A stretch of DNA of 64,000 nucleotides from Archangium sp. (GTDB lineage Bacteria > Myxococcota > Myxococcia > Myxococcales > Myxococcaceae). Each line of letters opens with the position of its first letter. The stretch's first letter is position 1. The DNA lies in contig JASGKS010000001.1 in the NCBI GenBank assembly GCA_047600485.1, forward strand, positions 6,592,259-6,656,258. Reading direction: 5' to 3'. The notes under the pieces are model-generated. The model saw nothing but the letters and a program-made list of their open reading frames with translations, ran no database searches and was not told the origin of the DNA. Below are positions 63,401 to 64,000 of the stretch, one piece after another. Position numbers and translations under genes: made by a program.

Positions 63401-63481
63401 GACGAGAACTTCAACGCGCGCCAGGGCATCGACTTCGCGCTCGGTGTGCGGTGCGCGCGACGATCCAGCACTGAGTGGTGA
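60443..63481 (+). CDS. Multidomain signalling protein: Ser/Thr kinase + STAND/P-loop NTPase + TM + FGE-sulfatase (SUMF1-like) domain
   Basis: Kinase VHGDLKAENVL and DFG. P-loop GPSGVGKSS with hhhhDQFEE (Walker B). TM helix (FFAAALLAAFLISGGAVALAL). The FGE-sulfatase motif appears in variant form (GNVREWT), with DWFTAAAFCRW. Confidence 0.85.
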   Translation: MFAGFRIERLLAEGASARVYLARDPTLDRDVALKVFKPVSDSTQFLREAQLTARLDHQHIVRVLHCGTEDGSPFLVLEYVPGPTLAEVIAKGSLDPQLPARAATEIAEGLRYLHAQGVVHGDLKAENVLMPTSGRLRLVDFGLSAAIGQRADGRGTEDTLSPQCWLARHQLTPADDIWALGVLLTQLVTGKPPFAAGEVSRAAFSNVALEPPRVGGPLEPLIARCLSWEPAQRPSADDVLAALRQLELEAHPPFRGLAPFSERDRDDFQGRDAETQRGLELLSHREPLAIAGPSGVGKSSFAHARLVPRLRESSAGELTVLSFRPGAQPLRTLALALGDAALEAQLAAEPTKLGPLLRGAQRSRKGPLLVLVDQFEEVFTLATSADADAFCRALAAAGSEFVKLLVLVRDEFLGRLFQSPLASTDLRVLSLRPLDAGELERAISEPLRRCRAQLDPPSLARRIADDVARQPAPLPLLQFSCHALWERRGAGNTLSGSEYDRLGTAAGILAAHAQDFSSALDVESRTHVRRLLLTAVNADGTRRPVPRATLPDQSLVDRLIERRLLVARDDAGVPIVELAHESLATLWPELQRWLRESTDAHRLQSDLETAGERWERLGRRDADTWRESVQLTRERLGDLPLSPRAERFVAASELLGQSAARRRRTFFAAALLAAFLISGGAVALALRFRDNERRALEQQAELLEIAENLGAVKLEFAPLDWDGEKFTPASLDGLARSWRLWPADPSDPHRPRLERPLAIRDLTLSGTGVVTASFLAPGGPAFLEVYERGGECPSSWIRLNALPGLVERRSGQVLQARIQVPTCRASAADEVALRPGLWLDRHEERNALYAPFEAMQSVHHYDHVQPPANADLSSALLPEYPVTGVDWFTAAAFCRWQGKRLPLMDEWRAADVESSGTPNLDGTGDGFGALAPVDAALDVTPLGIRSLRGNVREWTASLRADGTQRMALIGGGDWVMSHELEAKFRSDENFNARQGIDFALGVRCARRSSTEW

Positions 63482-63512
63482 ACGAAGGCGGCGCGTGTGC
63501 CAAACACGCGCC

Positions 63513-64000
63513 ATGAACACGACCGACGTCACGGCGGTAGCGCGCGAAGCGATGGCGATGCGACGAGCGATGGCGATTGCGCAGCAGCAGGCGGCGCCCC
63601 TCGACCGCGGCTTGAAGGTGGTCGTCTTCCTCGTGGTGTGGGGCCTCTTCTCGGGGCTCGGGCTGCTCATCGGCGGAGGCGTCGGCGGCGCTCCGGGTGC
63701 TCCCGTGGGCCTGGGCCTCGGCATGTTCCTCGGCTTCTTCGCCGCGCTGTGGGCGAGCGCCGTCATCCGCATCGCTGCGCAGTGGGAACGCTCGGTGGTG
63801 TTGCGCTTCGGAAAGTTCCATTCGACGAAGGGGCCCGGAATGCTCTTCGTGTTCCCCGTCGCCGACAGCGTGCAGATGGTCGACACGCGCCTGTTGACGA
63901 TGAGCATCCCCAAGCAGCAGGTCATCACGCGCGACAACGTGCCGGTGTCCATCGACGGCGCGCTCTTCTTCCAGGTGCGCGACCCGGAGCGCGCGGTCAC
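63513..64000 (+). CDS. SPFH/band-7 (stomatin/prohibitin-like) domain protein, 5' part (runs off window end)
   Basis: TM helix, then QWERSVVLRFGKF...PKQQVITRDNVPVSIDGALFFQVRDPE, typical of the SPFH core. Confidence 0.75.
   Translation, partial: MNTTDVTAVAREAMAMRRAMAIAQQQAAPLDRGLKVVVFLVVWGLFSGLGLLIGGGVGGAPGAPVGLGLGMFLGFFAALWASAVIRIAAQWERSVVLRFGKFHSTKGPGMLFVFPVADSVQMVDTRLLTMSIPKQQVITRDNVPVSIDGALFFQVRDPERAV

Overview
This 64 kb window is high-GC DNA (about 70% over most of its length), almost certainly from a myxobacterium. The evidence for that origin is a protein ending in a MYXO-CTERM-type sorting signal (GCGC, a hydrophobic helix, then RRRR), three eukaryotic-like Ser/Thr kinases, and many cysteine-rich lipoproteins. 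I annotate about 60 protein-coding genes and found no rRNA, tRNA or CRISPR array. The main features are:
- A compact type IV filament / T2SS-like operon at 7657-12938 (minus strand). It encodes a major pilin, three separate single-domain GspF/PilC-like membrane proteins, a short GspE/PilB-like ATPase and two or three pseudopilins, but no secretin or prepilin peptidase.
- A cluster of secreted proteins: one with a lamin-tail domain and MYXO-CTERM signal, a LysM-GH19 wall hydrolase, a lipoprotein with two PSCyt-like CxxCH modules flanking nine 8-Cys repeats, and a lipoprotein with 13 tandem knottin-like repeats.
- An ECF sigma / anti-sigma pair followed by two small Cys-rich lipoprotein genes bracketed by a perfect 40-bp inverted repeat.
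- A phospholipase C, a Ser/Thr kinase with a WD40 domain, an MMPL/RND transporter, a lipoprotein plus S1 protease pair, a PilZ protein, a caspase-like protease, a sigma54 enhancer-binding protein, and a Ser/Thr kinase fused to a STAND NTPase and an FGE-sulfatase domain.
- A sharply lower-GC (about 50-57%) island of roughly 5.7 kb at 50370-56080. It carries a five-gene co-directional operon: crotonase, EamA exporter, ELFV-dehydrogenase-like protein, MTAN-like nucleosidase, and a patatin phospholipase fused through a membrane helix to an ABC-type substrate-binding-like domain. It looks horizontally acquired and functionally undescribed.
- A dispersed palindromic repeat family (CCCTCTCCC-N4-GGGAGAGGG followed by GGGGTGAGGG) present in at least 10 copies. 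Copies sit at gene ends and inside the pilus operon, and some are translated into ORF termini.
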